64,000 nt of DNA from an uncultured Eubacteriales bacterium (lineage in GTDB: Bacteria; Acidobacteriota; Aminicenantia; Aminicenantales; Saccharicenantaceae): positions 4,814-68,813 of the forward strand of contig CAZZCH010000001.1 in the NCBI GenBank assembly GCA_964652895.1, read 5' to 3'. Below are positions 46,181 to 55,207 of this stretch, in pieces. Position 1 is the stretch's first letter; each line of letters starts with the position of its first letter. The translations under genes were made by a program, and so were the position numbers. The notes beneath the pieces are model-generated. The model was not told where the DNA came from. It did not search any database and worked only from the letters and a program-made list of their open reading frames with translations.

Positions 46181-47380
46181 ATGACCAAGCGGCAGGCCTT
46201 GTATCTCATATCCCTGGCGGAATTGTTGGCGATGTCGGTCTGGTTCTCGGCGTCGGCGGTCGTGCCCGCCCTCGCCGCGGCCTGGAAGCTGACGGGGGCC
46301 GGCCAGGCCTGGCTGACCATGTCTGTACAACTCGGGTTCGTTATCGGCGCGTTCGGCTCGGCCGTCCTCAACCTGGCCGACCGAATTCCCTCCCGCAGGC
46401 TTTTTCCCATGTCGGCCCTGCTCGCAGGCGCCGCGACCTTTCTCATCCCGGCCATGGGTTCAAACCTGACGGCCGTTCTGCTCCTCCGCTTCCTCACCGG
46501 GCTCTTTCTGGCCGGCGTTTATCCGGTCGGAATGAAGATCATGGCCACCTGGACCAAAGATGACCGCGGCTGGGGCATCGGTCTCCTGGTCGGGGCCTTG
46601 ACCCTCGGCTCCTCCGCCCCGCATCTCATTAAGGTCCTGGGCGGGGTTTCGGACTGGGGATTCGTGCTCCGCGCGAGCGGCCTCCTCGCGGCCGGCGGCG
46701 GCCTCGTCGCCTTCCTCTTCGTCCATGAAGGACCTTCCCGGGCCGCATCCCCGCGGTTCGATTGGAGGTACTCGGGCGAGATCTGGCGCGACAAGGCGAT
46801 CCTTTTCGCCAACCTGGGCTACTTCGGCCACATGTGGGAGCTCTACGCTGCCTGGACCTGGGTCCCGGTTTTCCTAGTCGCGAGCTTCCGCGGCTCGGGG
46901 ATCGCCGAGAGATGGGCCGGCCTGGCCGGCTTCGCTTTTATCGCGGCCGGCGCGGCCGGGTGCCTCGCCGCGGGGAGGCTGGCCGACCGTCTCGGCAGGA
47001 CCGCGGTGACGTCGGGGGCGATGGCCCTGAGCGGACTGAGCTGTCTTCTCGCGGGCCTTTTCTTCGGCCGGAATCCCTGGCTTCTCTCTGCCCTCTGTCT
47101 CGTCTGGGGTTTCGCCGTGGTCGCCGATTCGGCCCAATTTTCGGCCGGTGTCAGTGAACTTTGCCCGGCCGATAGAACGGGAACGGTCCTGACGCTTCAG
47201 ACCAGCCTGGGTTTCTTGCTGACGCTCGCAACCATCTGCCTCGTCCCGGCACTCGAGCGTCTCGTAACATGGCGCTGGGCGTTTGTCCCGCTGGCCATCG
47301 GACCCGTGCTTGGGATCTGGGCCATGCTCCGTCTCCGCCGCCTCCCCGCCTCGGCCCGGATGGCCTCCGGCCGCCGCTAG
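46181..47380 (+). CDS. MFS transporter
   Basis: 12 TM helices, with an MFS-type D/R-rich loop between TM2 and TM3. The ATG at 46181 follows an AGGTGGA SD. The track ORF is N-terminally extended. Confidence 0.7.
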   Translation: MTKRQALYLISLAELLAMSVWFSASAVVPALAAAWKLTGAGQAWLTMSVQLGFVIGAFGSAVLNLADRIPSRRLFPMSALLAGAATFLIPAMGSNLTAVLLLRFLTGLFLAGVYPVGMKIMATWTKDDRGWGIGLLVGALTLGSSAPHLIKVLGGVSDWGFVLRASGLLAAGGGLVAFLFVHEGPSRAASPRFDWRYSGEIWRDKAILFANLGYFGHMWELYAAWTWVPVFLVASFRGSGIAERWAGLAGFAFIAAGAAGCLAAGRLADRLGRTAVTSGAMALSGLSCLLAGLFFGRNPWLLSALCLVWGFAVVADSAQFSAGVSELCPADRTGTVLTLQTSLGFLLTLATICLVPALERLVTWRWAFVPLAIGPVLGIWAMLRLRRLPASARMASGRR

Positions 47381-47391
47381 TTGCTAATTCG

Positions 47392-47469
47392 GGGACACAA
47401 TACCAATTTCCGAATTTCGTCGCTGTTTGATGGAAGCCCGAAGAATTTCGGAAATTGGTATTGTGTCCC
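47392..47469. repeat. 78-bp element formed by two perfect 23-bp inverted repeats (GGGACACAATACCAATTTCCGAA) separated by 32 bp
   Basis: Seen directly. It sits exactly between the stop codons of two convergent genes (47380 and 47471). Confidence 0.6.
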
Positions 47470-47470
47470 T

Positions 47471-48241
47471 CTATTTCCGGTGAACTAGCGTCGCCGAGGC
47501 CTGGGCCGTGGGCATGACCACGACCTCGCTGACGTTGACGTGGAGCGGCCGCGTCGCGCACCAGACGACCGCATCGGCGATGTCGTCCGGCCCGAGCGGC
47601 GTCAGGCCCTGGTAGACCTTGCCCGCCCGCTCCGCGTCGCCGTGGAAGCGGACGAGGCTGAATTCCGTTTCGACCATGCCCGGGTCCACCTCGCTCACCC
47701 GTATGGGCGTTCCGCTCAGGTCGAGCCGGAGCCCTTTCGACAGGGCCCGGACGGCGAACTTCGTCGCGCAGTAGACGTTCCCGCCGGGATAGACCTCGTG
47801 CCCGGCGATGGAACCGATGTTGATGATGTGGCCCCTTCCCCGCTCGATCATCCCCGGGATGACGGCCCGGCTGACAAATAGAAGCCCTTTGACGTTCGTG
47901 TCGATCATCTCCTCCCAGTCGTCGATCTGGCCCTGGGGGAGCTTGTCCAGACCCCGGCTGAGCCCGGCGTTGTTGACCAGGATCTCGATCGCACGCCATT
48001 CCGGGGGAAGGCCGGCCACGGCTTTTTCGACGGCCGGTTGGTCCCGGACGTCAAGCCGAAAATAGTGGGCGGCGACGCCGTACTCGAACTCGAGGGTTTG
48101 GGCCAGCTTTTCCAGTTTTTCGGCGCGCCGTGCGCACATCAATATTCTCGCGCCCTGGGCGGCGAAGGACTGGGCCGTGCTCTCTCCTATTCCCGAGCTG
48201 GCGCCGGTGACGAAAACGATCTTGCCTTTCAAGGACAACAT
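47471..48241 (-). CDS. SDR-family NADP-dependent oxidoreductase (YdfG-like 3-hydroxy acid / serine dehydrogenase)
   Basis: TGASSGIG cofactor motif, NNAG, and the YCATK catalytic tetrad. Confidence 0.8.
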   Translation of the reverse strand: MLSLKGKIVFVTGASSGIGESTAQSFAAQGARILMCARRAEKLEKLAQTLEFEYGVAAHYFRLDVRDQPAVEKAVAGLPPEWRAIEILVNNAGLSRGLDKLPQGQIDDWEEMIDTNVKGLLFVSRAVIPGMIERGRGHIINIGSIAGHEVYPGGNVYCATKFAVRALSKGLRLDLSGTPIRVSEVDPGMVETEFSLVRFHGDAERAGKVYQGLTPLGPDDIADAVVWCATRPLHVNVSEVVVMPTAQASATLVHRK

Positions 48242-48390
48242 GTTCTTTCTCCTATGGGCCGGGCTACTCCGTTCAAGCGTCCGGGAGAATAAGCATATGA
48301 ACGGGCCGCCCCGAAGTCAACCCCTGGACTCCGCGGCATGAATGCCGGAGATTTTTGCCGGATTCCTAGGCTTGTGGTATACATCCGGAC

Positions 48391-49344
48391 ATGCCTGAGG
48401 CCCCTTCGCGAGCGACCAAAAGGACAACTTTGAAAAAGTGGCTGGTCGCCGTCCGGCCTTGGGCCCTTCCGGCCTCAACTATGCCCGTCGTCTTCGGGAC
48501 GGCCCTGGCCGTCGTCATCGGCGGGGCCAGGTTCTCACCCCTCCTCTTCCTCTGGGCCCTGGCCACGATGATGGTCCTCCACTCCGCCGCCAACATGCTC
48601 AGCGACGTCTTCGATTTCCGTCGCGGCCTGGACCGCGACGTGACGCCGGTGAGCGGAGCCATCGTTCGGGGCTGGCTCACCGACCGGCAGGTCTTCCGCG
48701 GCTCCCTCGTCCTCTTCGCTTTCGGAGCGGGCTCGGGCCTCCTCATCGCCCGCGCGACCGGGAAGTCCCTACTCATCGTCGGAGGCATCGGCGTGGCGGT
48801 GGGCGCCCTCTACTCGCTCCTCAAGGCCCGCGCCCTCGGGGACCTGGCCGTCTTCTTGAACTTCGGCCTGCTTGGAGCGGCCGGCGCCTGGGTCGTCCAG
48901 ACGAATTCCTTCTCCTGGCTGCCCGTCCTCTGGACCGTGCCCATGGCCTTGCTCGTGATCGCCATCCTCCATGCCAACAACTGGCGGGACATCCTCACGG
49001 ACGGCGAAAAGCGCGTGACCACCGTCGCCGGAGTCCTCGGCGACAAGGGATCGACTGCCTACTACGGATGTCTCGTCTTCGGCCCGTTCGTCATCGACCT
49101 CGCTTTCATCTCCGTCCCCCGCCTGACCGGGGGGTTGCTGCGCCCCATGCCCCTGACGTTCCTCGTCGTTTTCATGGCCCTCCCGAGCGCCCTCCGGCTC
49201 TGGGGACGGGCCGTGCGCCGGGCCGCACCGCGTTCGCCGCTCGACTTCATCGTTCTCGACGGGGCGACAGCCAAGCACAACCTTGTCTTCGGCCTGCTCA
49301 GCACGGCCGCCGCCATCCTCGAAGGGATCGTCAGATGGGGATAA
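48391..49344 (+). CDS. UbiA-family aromatic prenyltransferase (MenA-like)
   Basis: Polytopic membrane protein with NMLSDVFDFRRGLD (the first Asp-rich motif) and a second Asp-rich region, NNWRDILTD. Confidence 0.75.
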   Translation: MPEAPSRATKRTTLKKWLVAVRPWALPASTMPVVFGTALAVVIGGARFSPLLFLWALATMMVLHSAANMLSDVFDFRRGLDRDVTPVSGAIVRGWLTDRQVFRGSLVLFAFGAGSGLLIARATGKSLLIVGGIGVAVGALYSLLKARALGDLAVFLNFGLLGAAGAWVVQTNSFSWLPVLWTVPMALLVIAILHANNWRDILTDGEKRVTTVAGVLGDKGSTAYYGCLVFGPFVIDLAFISVPRLTGGLLRPMPLTFLVVFMALPSALRLWGRAVRRAAPRSPLDFIVLDGATAKHNLVFGLLSTAAAILEGIVRWG

Positions 49345-49994
49345 ACAGCGAACGAGCGCGGCTCAAACCCGCGGTCGTTGCGACGTGCGGCGCGGTCGCG
49401 GCCGTTCTATTCATGGCCCTGTTCCGCCTGAGGCGTCTCGGCCCGCTCGACTTCTGGGCCGGGCTGGCGGCGAGCGTCGCCCTTGTCGTCGCCCTGAGCT
49501 TCGTCATCGACGGAGGCTACGGACGCAGGCTTCGGGACGACCTCCGTTCAGGCGTCCTCCGCAAGATCGGGATCGGGGTCGCCTCGGCCGCGGTGCTCTA
49601 CGCCGTCTTCGCCGTCGGGCGCGTGGCGGCCCTCCGTCTTTTTCCCTTTGCGGCGGCCGGGATCGGGAACGTCTATGCCTTAAAATCCGGAGTCCCTCTC
49701 CTCCGCGTCGTCCTCCTCATCACCCTCCTCATCGGCCCCGGAGAAGAGCTCTTCTGGCGAGGTTTCTTCCAGGAGAACGCCGGGGCGGGCCCCGGACGCG
49801 CGGCGGGCTTCATCCTGGCGTCGCTGCTTTACACGTCGGTCCACCTGGCCAGCGGGAATATCATGCTCTTCCTCGCCGCGGCCGTGTGCGGCCTCTTTTG
49901 GGGATGGCTCTACTTGCGCTTCCGCTCTCCGCTCCTCAACATCGTCAGCCACACGCTGTGGGACCTTCTCGTTTTCATCATTCTGCCTTTTTAA
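49335..49994 (+). CDS. CPBP-family intramembrane metalloprotease (CAAX protease / Abi family)
   Basis: EELFWRG (motif 1), FxxxH-type motif 2 (YTSVHLASG) and a later H (SHTLWD). The ATG at 49335 overlaps the UbiA stop by 10 nt. GAAGGGA SD. Confidence 0.7.
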   Translation: MGINSERARLKPAVVATCGAVAAVLFMALFRLRRLGPLDFWAGLAASVALVVALSFVIDGGYGRRLRDDLRSGVLRKIGIGVASAAVLYAVFAVGRVAALRLFPFAAAGIGNVYALKSGVPLLRVVLLITLLIGPGEELFWRGFFQENAGAGPGRAAGFILASLLYTSVHLASGNIMLFLAAAVCGLFWGWLYLRFRSPLLNIVSHTLWDLLVFIILPF

Positions 49995-50069
49995 CCAGCG
50001 CGCGCCCTCGGCATCTCTTTCCAGTTGCATGAAAGAAGGGGGACACGTACCCGAGGTACATGTCCCCAA

Positions 50070-50636
50070 TCAGCGGGCGAGATGTTCGATCAAGATCTTC
50101 ACGCCGATCCCGATCAGGATGAGCCCGCCGAGGAACTCGGCGCGCCGGCCCACGATCCGGCCAATGACCGGGCCGAGCTTAGCGCCGATGACCGTCAGGA
50201 CGAAGCTCGTCGCCCCGATGACCGTCGCCGGGAAGAAGATGCTCGTTTGGACGACGCCCAGGCCCAGCCCGACGGCCAGGGCATCGATGCTCGTGGCCAG
50301 GGCCAGGATGACGAGCCGCATCCCCTGTGTCTGGTCCGGTCGGCAGGCCTTCTCTTCTTCGCTCAGGCCGAACGACTCGTAGATCATCCGGCCGCCGATC
50401 ACGGCCAGTAATCCGAAAGCGACCCAGTGGTCGAAACTCTTGATGAAAGCGAGGAGCTTGTCCCCCGCGAACCAGCCGGCGACGGGCATGACGAACTGGA
50501 AGCCGCCGAAAAACGCCGCCATCCGGACGGCCTGTTTCATCGTCAGGCCCCTGGCTCCGCAGGCTATGCCCAATGTTGCGGCGAAGCAGTCCATGGCCAG
50601 GGCTACCGCGACTCCCAAAATTAAAATTAGCGACAC
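50070..50636 (-). CDS. mntP: manganese efflux pump MntP
   Basis: 188 aa, six TM helices, with the duplicated DUF204 halves and conserved acidic residues (AMDCFAA / SIDALAVG). GTG start with a GGAGAA SD. Confidence 0.8.
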   Translation of the reverse strand: MSLILILGVAVALAMDCFAATLGIACGARGLTMKQAVRMAAFFGGFQFVMPVAGWFAGDKLLAFIKSFDHWVAFGLLAVIGGRMIYESFGLSEEEKACRPDQTQGMRLVILALATSIDALAVGLGLGVVQTSIFFPATVIGATSFVLTVIGAKLGPVIGRIVGRRAEFLGGLILIGIGVKILIEHLAR

Positions 50637-50812
50637 GTGTATTCTCCGAGTCGGTCATTATAACAGAACCGGGATATCACTTCCTGAGCTGGGGGCGCCA
50701 CTGCGGGGTGACGGGTAACCGTCCGAATCCCCCGTAGCGGGGGGGGGAACCGCCGGGACTGGTCCCCGGGGGGCCGGGGGAAAGGATGGTTACCTGTCAC
50801 ACCAAAAAGCAC

Positions 50813-50841
50813 GTGGCGTCCCCAGCTAGCCATGCTATAAT
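50813..50841 (+). promoter_or_regulatory. candidate uvrA promoter with an extended -10 (TGcTATAAT)
   Basis: TGCTATAAT at 50833-50841, 20 nt upstream of the uvrA ATG. The -35 is weak. Confidence 0.4.
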
Positions 50842-50860
50842 AGGCAATTCGGTATCAGCC

Positions 50861-53653
50861 ATGGCGACGACAGACAGCATCATCCTCCGCGGCGTGAAGG
50901 TGCACAACCTCAAGGGGATCGACCTCGACGTCCCCCTCAACAAGCTCATCGTGATCACCGGGGTCAGCGGCTCCGGGAAGTCCTCCCTAGCCTTCGACAC
51001 GCTCTACGCGGAAGGCCAGCGCCGCTATATCGAATCCCTGTCCTCCTACGCCCGGCAGTTCCTCGAAAGGATGGACAAGCCCGACGCCGATACGATCGAT
51101 GGCATTCCGCCGGCGATCGCCATCCAGCAGAAGGGCGCCGCCAAGAACCCGCGCTCGACCGTGGCCACGGTGACCGAGATCTTCGACTTCCTCAGGGTCC
51201 TCTTCGCCCGGCTCGGGACCGTCCACTGCCTCCAGTGCGGCCGACCGGTCCTCCGGGACACGATCGACGGCATGATCGCGGAGCTCGCCACCCTGCCGCA
51301 CGGCACCCGGGCCCTCGTCACCTTCGCCTGGCCCCGTGAGAAGAATCTGGCCTCGCTCAAGAAGGACGGCTTCACCCGGGCCGTCGCTGCCGGCGCCGTC
51401 GTGGACATCGACGCGGCGGCCAAGCGGACCGGACCCCTGGACATTCTTGTCGACCGCATCACTCTCGGCGTCGACGAACGCGAGCGCCTGGCCGATTCCC
51501 TCGAGATGGGCCTGAAGAAGGGCGACGGACGCGTCCTCGTCCGGACCGAGGACGGCCGGGAGTTCCCCTTCTCCGAAAAGCTCGAGTGCAAAGCCTGTCG
51601 CCTTCCGGCCGACGACCCCTATCCCAACCTTTTCTCCTTCAACAGCCCGCACGGCGCGTGCCCCGAGTGCCACGGTTTCGGCGACCTGGCCGTCGTCGAC
51701 GAGGACAAGGTCGTCCCCGACACATCGAAGTCCCTGGAGCAGGGCGCGGTCGAGCCCTGGACGAAACCCCTGTCCAAAGGCATGCAGAAGGAGCTCCTGG
51801 CCGAGGCCCGTCGGCGGAAGATCCCGACCAACGTCCCCTTCCGGGACCTCAAGAAAGAGCATCAGCGCTTCGTCCTCGAGGGCGGCGACGGTTATTACGG
51901 CGTCAAGGGCTTTTTCGATTGGCTCCAGTCCAAGAAGTACAAGGTCCAGGTCCGGGTCCTGCTCAGCCGCTACCGCAAGTACATCGCTTGCCCGGCCTGC
52001 GCCAAGACCCGCCTTAACGCCCGGGCCCTGAACGTCAGGATCAAAGGCCTCAACATCGGCGAAGTCGTCCGGATGACCGTCCGCGAGGCCTCCGAGTTCT
52101 TCGACGGCCTCCGGCTCGAGCCGTTCGAACGCCAGGTGGCCGATAAGCTCGTCCATGAGGTCCGTGGCCGTCTCAAGTTCCTTCTCGAGGTCGGGCTGGA
52201 TTACATCGCCCTCGACCGCATGACCTTCACGCTGAGCGGCGGAGAGGCCCAGCGCATCAACCTGGCCGCGGCCCTCAGCGCTTCGCTCGTCGGGACCCTG
52301 TTCGTCCTCGACGAGCCTTCGATCGGGCTCCACCCCCGCGACAACCACCGCCTCGTCCAGATCCTCGAGTCGCTCCGGGACATCGGGAACACGGTCGTCG
52401 TCGTCGAACACGACCCCGACATCGTCCGGGCCGCGGAACACGTCATCGATATGGGCCCGCGCGCCGGCGAGGCCGGCGGCGAGGTCGTCTTCGCCGGTCC
52501 CTGGCCCGGCTTCCTCCGCAGCAAGGACTCGCTCACCGCCCAATACGTGCGCGGCGATAAGGAGATCGCCCTCCCGGCGGCGCGCCGGTCATCGAAGTCG
52601 TTCCTCGAGATCCGCGACGCGCACAAGCACAACCTCAAGCACATCGACGTCCGCATCCCCCTCGGCGTTTTCACCTGCGTCACCGGCGTATCCGGCTCGG
52701 GCAAGAGCACGCTCCTCCACGACGTCCTCTACCAGGGCTTTAAAGGCGTCTCCGACAACGGCTTCCGCGAGATCCGGGGCCGGGACAAGGTCAATAAGGT
52801 CATCATGGTCGACCAGTCCCCCTTGAGCGCCTCGCCGCGATCGATCCCGGCCACCTACACCAAGGCGATGGATGGGATCCGCGACCTCTTCAGCCAGACC
52901 CGAGAGTCCAAGCTCATGGGCTTCCGGCCCGGCTATTTCTCCTTCAACACCGCCGGCGGACGGTGCGAGGACTGTAAAGGCGCCGGCGTTCAGGTCGTCG
53001 AAATGCAGTTCCTCTCCGATGTCAGCCTGGTCTGCGACGCCTGCAAGGGAAAGCGGTTCAAAAAGGAAATCCTCGAGGTCCGCTGGAATGGCAGGAATAT
53101 CGACGAAGTCCTCAACCTGAGCGTCACCGAGGCCTGCCTCTTTTTCGCCGGGCGGTCCGAGATCACGAAAAAGCTTTATCCCCTGGTCGAAGTCGGGCTC
53201 GGCTACCTCAAGCTCGGCCAGCCGACAACGACCCTCTCCGGCGGCGAACTGCAGCGGATCAAACTCGCCTATCACCTCGTTCACGAGAAGGGGAAAAAAA
53301 CCCTCTACCTCTTCGACGAGCCCACGATCGGCCTTCACCCGAACGACGTCGCCGTCCTCCTGCGCTCCTTCCAGAAACTCGTCAACGAAGGTCACACGGT
53401 CGTTGTCATCGAGCACAACCTCGACGTCGTCAAAAGCGCCGACCATGTCATCGACCTCGGCCCCGAGGGCGGCGAGGCCGGCGGCCGTGTCGTCGCCCAA
53501 GGGACCCCGGAGAAGATAGCCCAAAGCCGCCGCTCCATCACCGCCATGTACCTGAAGGAATCTCTCGGGCGGGCAAGCGGCGGGCAATATGAGGCGAGTC
53601 CGGGGAAGAAAACAGGGCTCAGAGGACGAACGGCTTCCAGGCCCAGCGAGTGA
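50861..53653 (+). CDS. uvrA: excinuclease ABC subunit A
   Basis: Two ABC modules (GVSGSGKSSLAFDT and GVSGSGKSTLL), zinc-finger cysteines, and full-length UvrA architecture. The ATG at 50861 sits within the longer track ORF. Confidence 0.9.
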   Translation: MATTDSIILRGVKVHNLKGIDLDVPLNKLIVITGVSGSGKSSLAFDTLYAEGQRRYIESLSSYARQFLERMDKPDADTIDGIPPAIAIQQKGAAKNPRSTVATVTEIFDFLRVLFARLGTVHCLQCGRPVLRDTIDGMIAELATLPHGTRALVTFAWPREKNLASLKKDGFTRAVAAGAVVDIDAAAKRTGPLDILVDRITLGVDERERLADSLEMGLKKGDGRVLVRTEDGREFPFSEKLECKACRLPADDPYPNLFSFNSPHGACPECHGFGDLAVVDEDKVVPDTSKSLEQGAVEPWTKPLSKGMQKELLAEARRRKIPTNVPFRDLKKEHQRFVLEGGDGYYGVKGFFDWLQSKKYKVQVRVLLSRYRKYIACPACAKTRLNARALNVRIKGLNIGEVVRMTVREASEFFDGLRLEPFERQVADKLVHEVRGRLKFLLEVGLDYIALDRMTFTLSGGEAQRINLAAALSASLVGTLFVLDEPSIGLHPRDNHRLVQILESLRDIGNTVVVVEHDPDIVRAAEHVIDMGPRAGEAGGEVVFAGPWPGFLRSKDSLTAQYVRGDKEIALPAARRSSKSFLEIRDAHKHNLKHIDVRIPLGVFTCVTGVSGSGKSTLLHDVLYQGFKGVSDNGFREIRGRDKVNKVIMVDQSPLSASPRSIPATYTKAMDGIRDLFSQTRESKLMGFRPGYFSFNTAGGRCEDCKGAGVQVVEMQFLSDVSLVCDACKGKRFKKEILEVRWNGRNIDEVLNLSVTEACLFFAGRSEITKKLYPLVEVGLGYLKLGQPTTTLSGGELQRIKLAYHLVHEKGKKTLYLFDEPTIGLHPNDVAVLLRSFQKLVNEGHTVVVIEHNLDVVKSADHVIDLGPEGGEAGGRVVAQGTPEKIAQSRRSITAMYLKESLGRASGGQYEASPGKKTGLRGRTASRPSE

Positions 53654-54020
53654 TGTTCACGCCGCCCCGGCACTGCCGGATCGCCTTTCTGAGCTCGTGC
53701 TGGCAAATCGCGGCGGCGTGATCGCACGGCCCCCCGGTCGCCAGGCGTTCAAGCGACGGCAAGCCCCGCGGATCTCCCAATTGCCCGAGAGCCCAAACCG
53801 CCAGGTTTCTGTCCCTAAGAGGCATGTCGTTAGAGTTCATCATGGCGATTAGCACATTCGTGTCTTTTCCGGAAAACCCACCGCGGGCCTTTTCAAGAAC
53901 GCCGCCGACGCCGGCGCCGACCGCCAAACACATGGCCCCATAGGCCAATAGGAGAAGGCCTGTCCCGGCCATGAGCCAGAGGCTGAGGGCCGGACGCCTG
54001 ATCCGGGCTTTCGGGTTCAT
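53619..54020 (-). CDS. small membrane-anchored HEAT/PBS-lyase repeat protein (hypothetical)
   Basis: An N-terminal TM segment and an NLAVWALGQLGDPRGLPSL HEAT-like repeat. AAGAAGGAGA SD. It overlaps the uvrA 3' end convergently. Confidence 0.4.
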   Translation of the reverse strand: MNPKARIRRPALSLWLMAGTGLLLLAYGAMCLAVGAGVGGVLEKARGGFSGKDTNVLIAMMNSNDMPLRDRNLAVWALGQLGDPRGLPSLERLATGGPCDHAAAICQHELRKAIRQCRGGVNITRWAWKPFVL

Positions 54021-54319
54021 CCGCATTCTCCTTCTTTGCTAATACACTACCGAAGAACGTCGATGTTGTCCATGCACATCCCGGCCAAGCACGGCCTATT
54101 TAGTGTCCATTTAAAGGTCATGCTAAATTAGGTAAATCAAAATAAATGACCATTATTGATACACTGCAATGAATAATTGTTTTATTTATTATATATGTAC
54201 CTCTTACAACGCTGTTGTCGATTTATTGTGTTCTGTTTATAGACTATACAGAATACGTATATTTCTGCCAATATAATTCTATCCTATTCTAAATAATACG
54301 CTTACACGGTAATCTATTT

Positions 54320-54338
54320 CTTGGCACTGTTCTTGCTT
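54320..54338 (+). promoter_or_regulatory. sigma-54 promoter (TTGGCAC-N5-TTGCT), a near-consensus -24/-12 element
   Basis: TGGCACtgttcTTGCT at 54322-54337, about 40 nt upstream of the ATG at 54376. It lies at the edge of a 280-bp AT-rich island. Confidence 0.55.
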
Positions 54339-54375
54339 TAAAACGTTGTGTGAAAAAGGAAAAGGAGCGGCGCCA

Positions 54376-54933
54376 ATGAAAAGAAAATCCATCCTCATCG
54401 TCCTGGCCACCCTCGTACTCTCGGTCGGATCGTTCGCGACTTTCAAACCCGCAAGCAAGGTCCTTATCTTCACGGCCCTCGAGCCGTCCGCATCGCGTGA
54501 CCTTCTTCCCCTCCCCGTCGCCGGGCCCGTGGAACTTCTCTTCGAAGAGGCCGTCCCCGCGCCGGCTCTCCGTTTTTCCATCCCCGCCACTATTCCGGTC
54601 TTTAAACCGACCGCGAAGTCGGGAAAGGCCCTCTTCGATGCCAACCTCGTCCTCATGGTCGGGCTCAACGTCGCCGACTACATTTCGACCCGCGAGGCCT
54701 TAAAATACCCGGGTCTGGCCGAGACCAATCCCCTGATGAAGCCCTTCGTCAAGAGCCCCGTCGCCTTCGCCGCCATCAAGCTCGGCACGACGGTCCTGTC
54801 CTACTGGAGCATGAAGGCCATTTTTAAGAGGAGCAGGACGGTCGCCTGGATCATGACCACGGCTTCCAACGCCCTGTTGTCCTACGTCGTGGCCAACAAC
54901 ATGAGGTTGATCCAGGGCACCCGCGCCCGTTGA
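54376..54933 (+). CDS. secreted/membrane protein of unknown function
   Basis: AAGGAG SD and a signal peptide (MKRKSILIVLATLVLSVGSFA). The C-terminal half has two hydrophobic segments with a conserved-looking N..D...T.E....GL.ETNPLM pattern. Confidence 0.55.
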   Translation: MKRKSILIVLATLVLSVGSFATFKPASKVLIFTALEPSASRDLLPLPVAGPVELLFEEAVPAPALRFSIPATIPVFKPTAKSGKALFDANLVLMVGLNVADYISTREALKYPGLAETNPLMKPFVKSPVAFAAIKLGTTVLSYWSMKAIFKRSRTVAWIMTTASNALLSYVVANNMRLIQGTRAR

Positions 54934-54942
54934 GGTTCGGCG

Positions 54943-55179
54943 ATGAACGTTTATCTCCAGCGTTACCTGGGGCTGGATGAAAGCCGCGAGTATACCAAGC
55001 CCGCTGGCTTTCCGACCCTGAAAGACCTCGAAAAGGACTACATCGGATTCCTTCTTGAGATCACCGACCACAACAGGGCCGAGGTCTCGCGGATCCTGGC
55101 CATCTCCCGGTCCACCCTTTATCACAAGCTGCGCCGGTACGAACTCGGCGACGAAAGCGTGGGCACACTCCTTTTTTAG
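54943..55179 (+). CDS. Fis-like small DNA-binding protein (standalone HTH_8 domain)
   Basis: 78 aa. LEITDHNRAEVSRILAISRSTLYHKLRRY matches the C-terminal HTH of NtrC/Fis-family proteins. GAGG SD. Confidence 0.6.
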   Translation: MNVYLQRYLGLDESREYTKPAGFPTLKDLEKDYIGFLLEITDHNRAEVSRILAISRSTLYHKLRRYELGDESVGTLLF

Positions 55180-55207
55180 CGCTCCCGCAGGTCCCCCGGG
55201 ACCGGCC

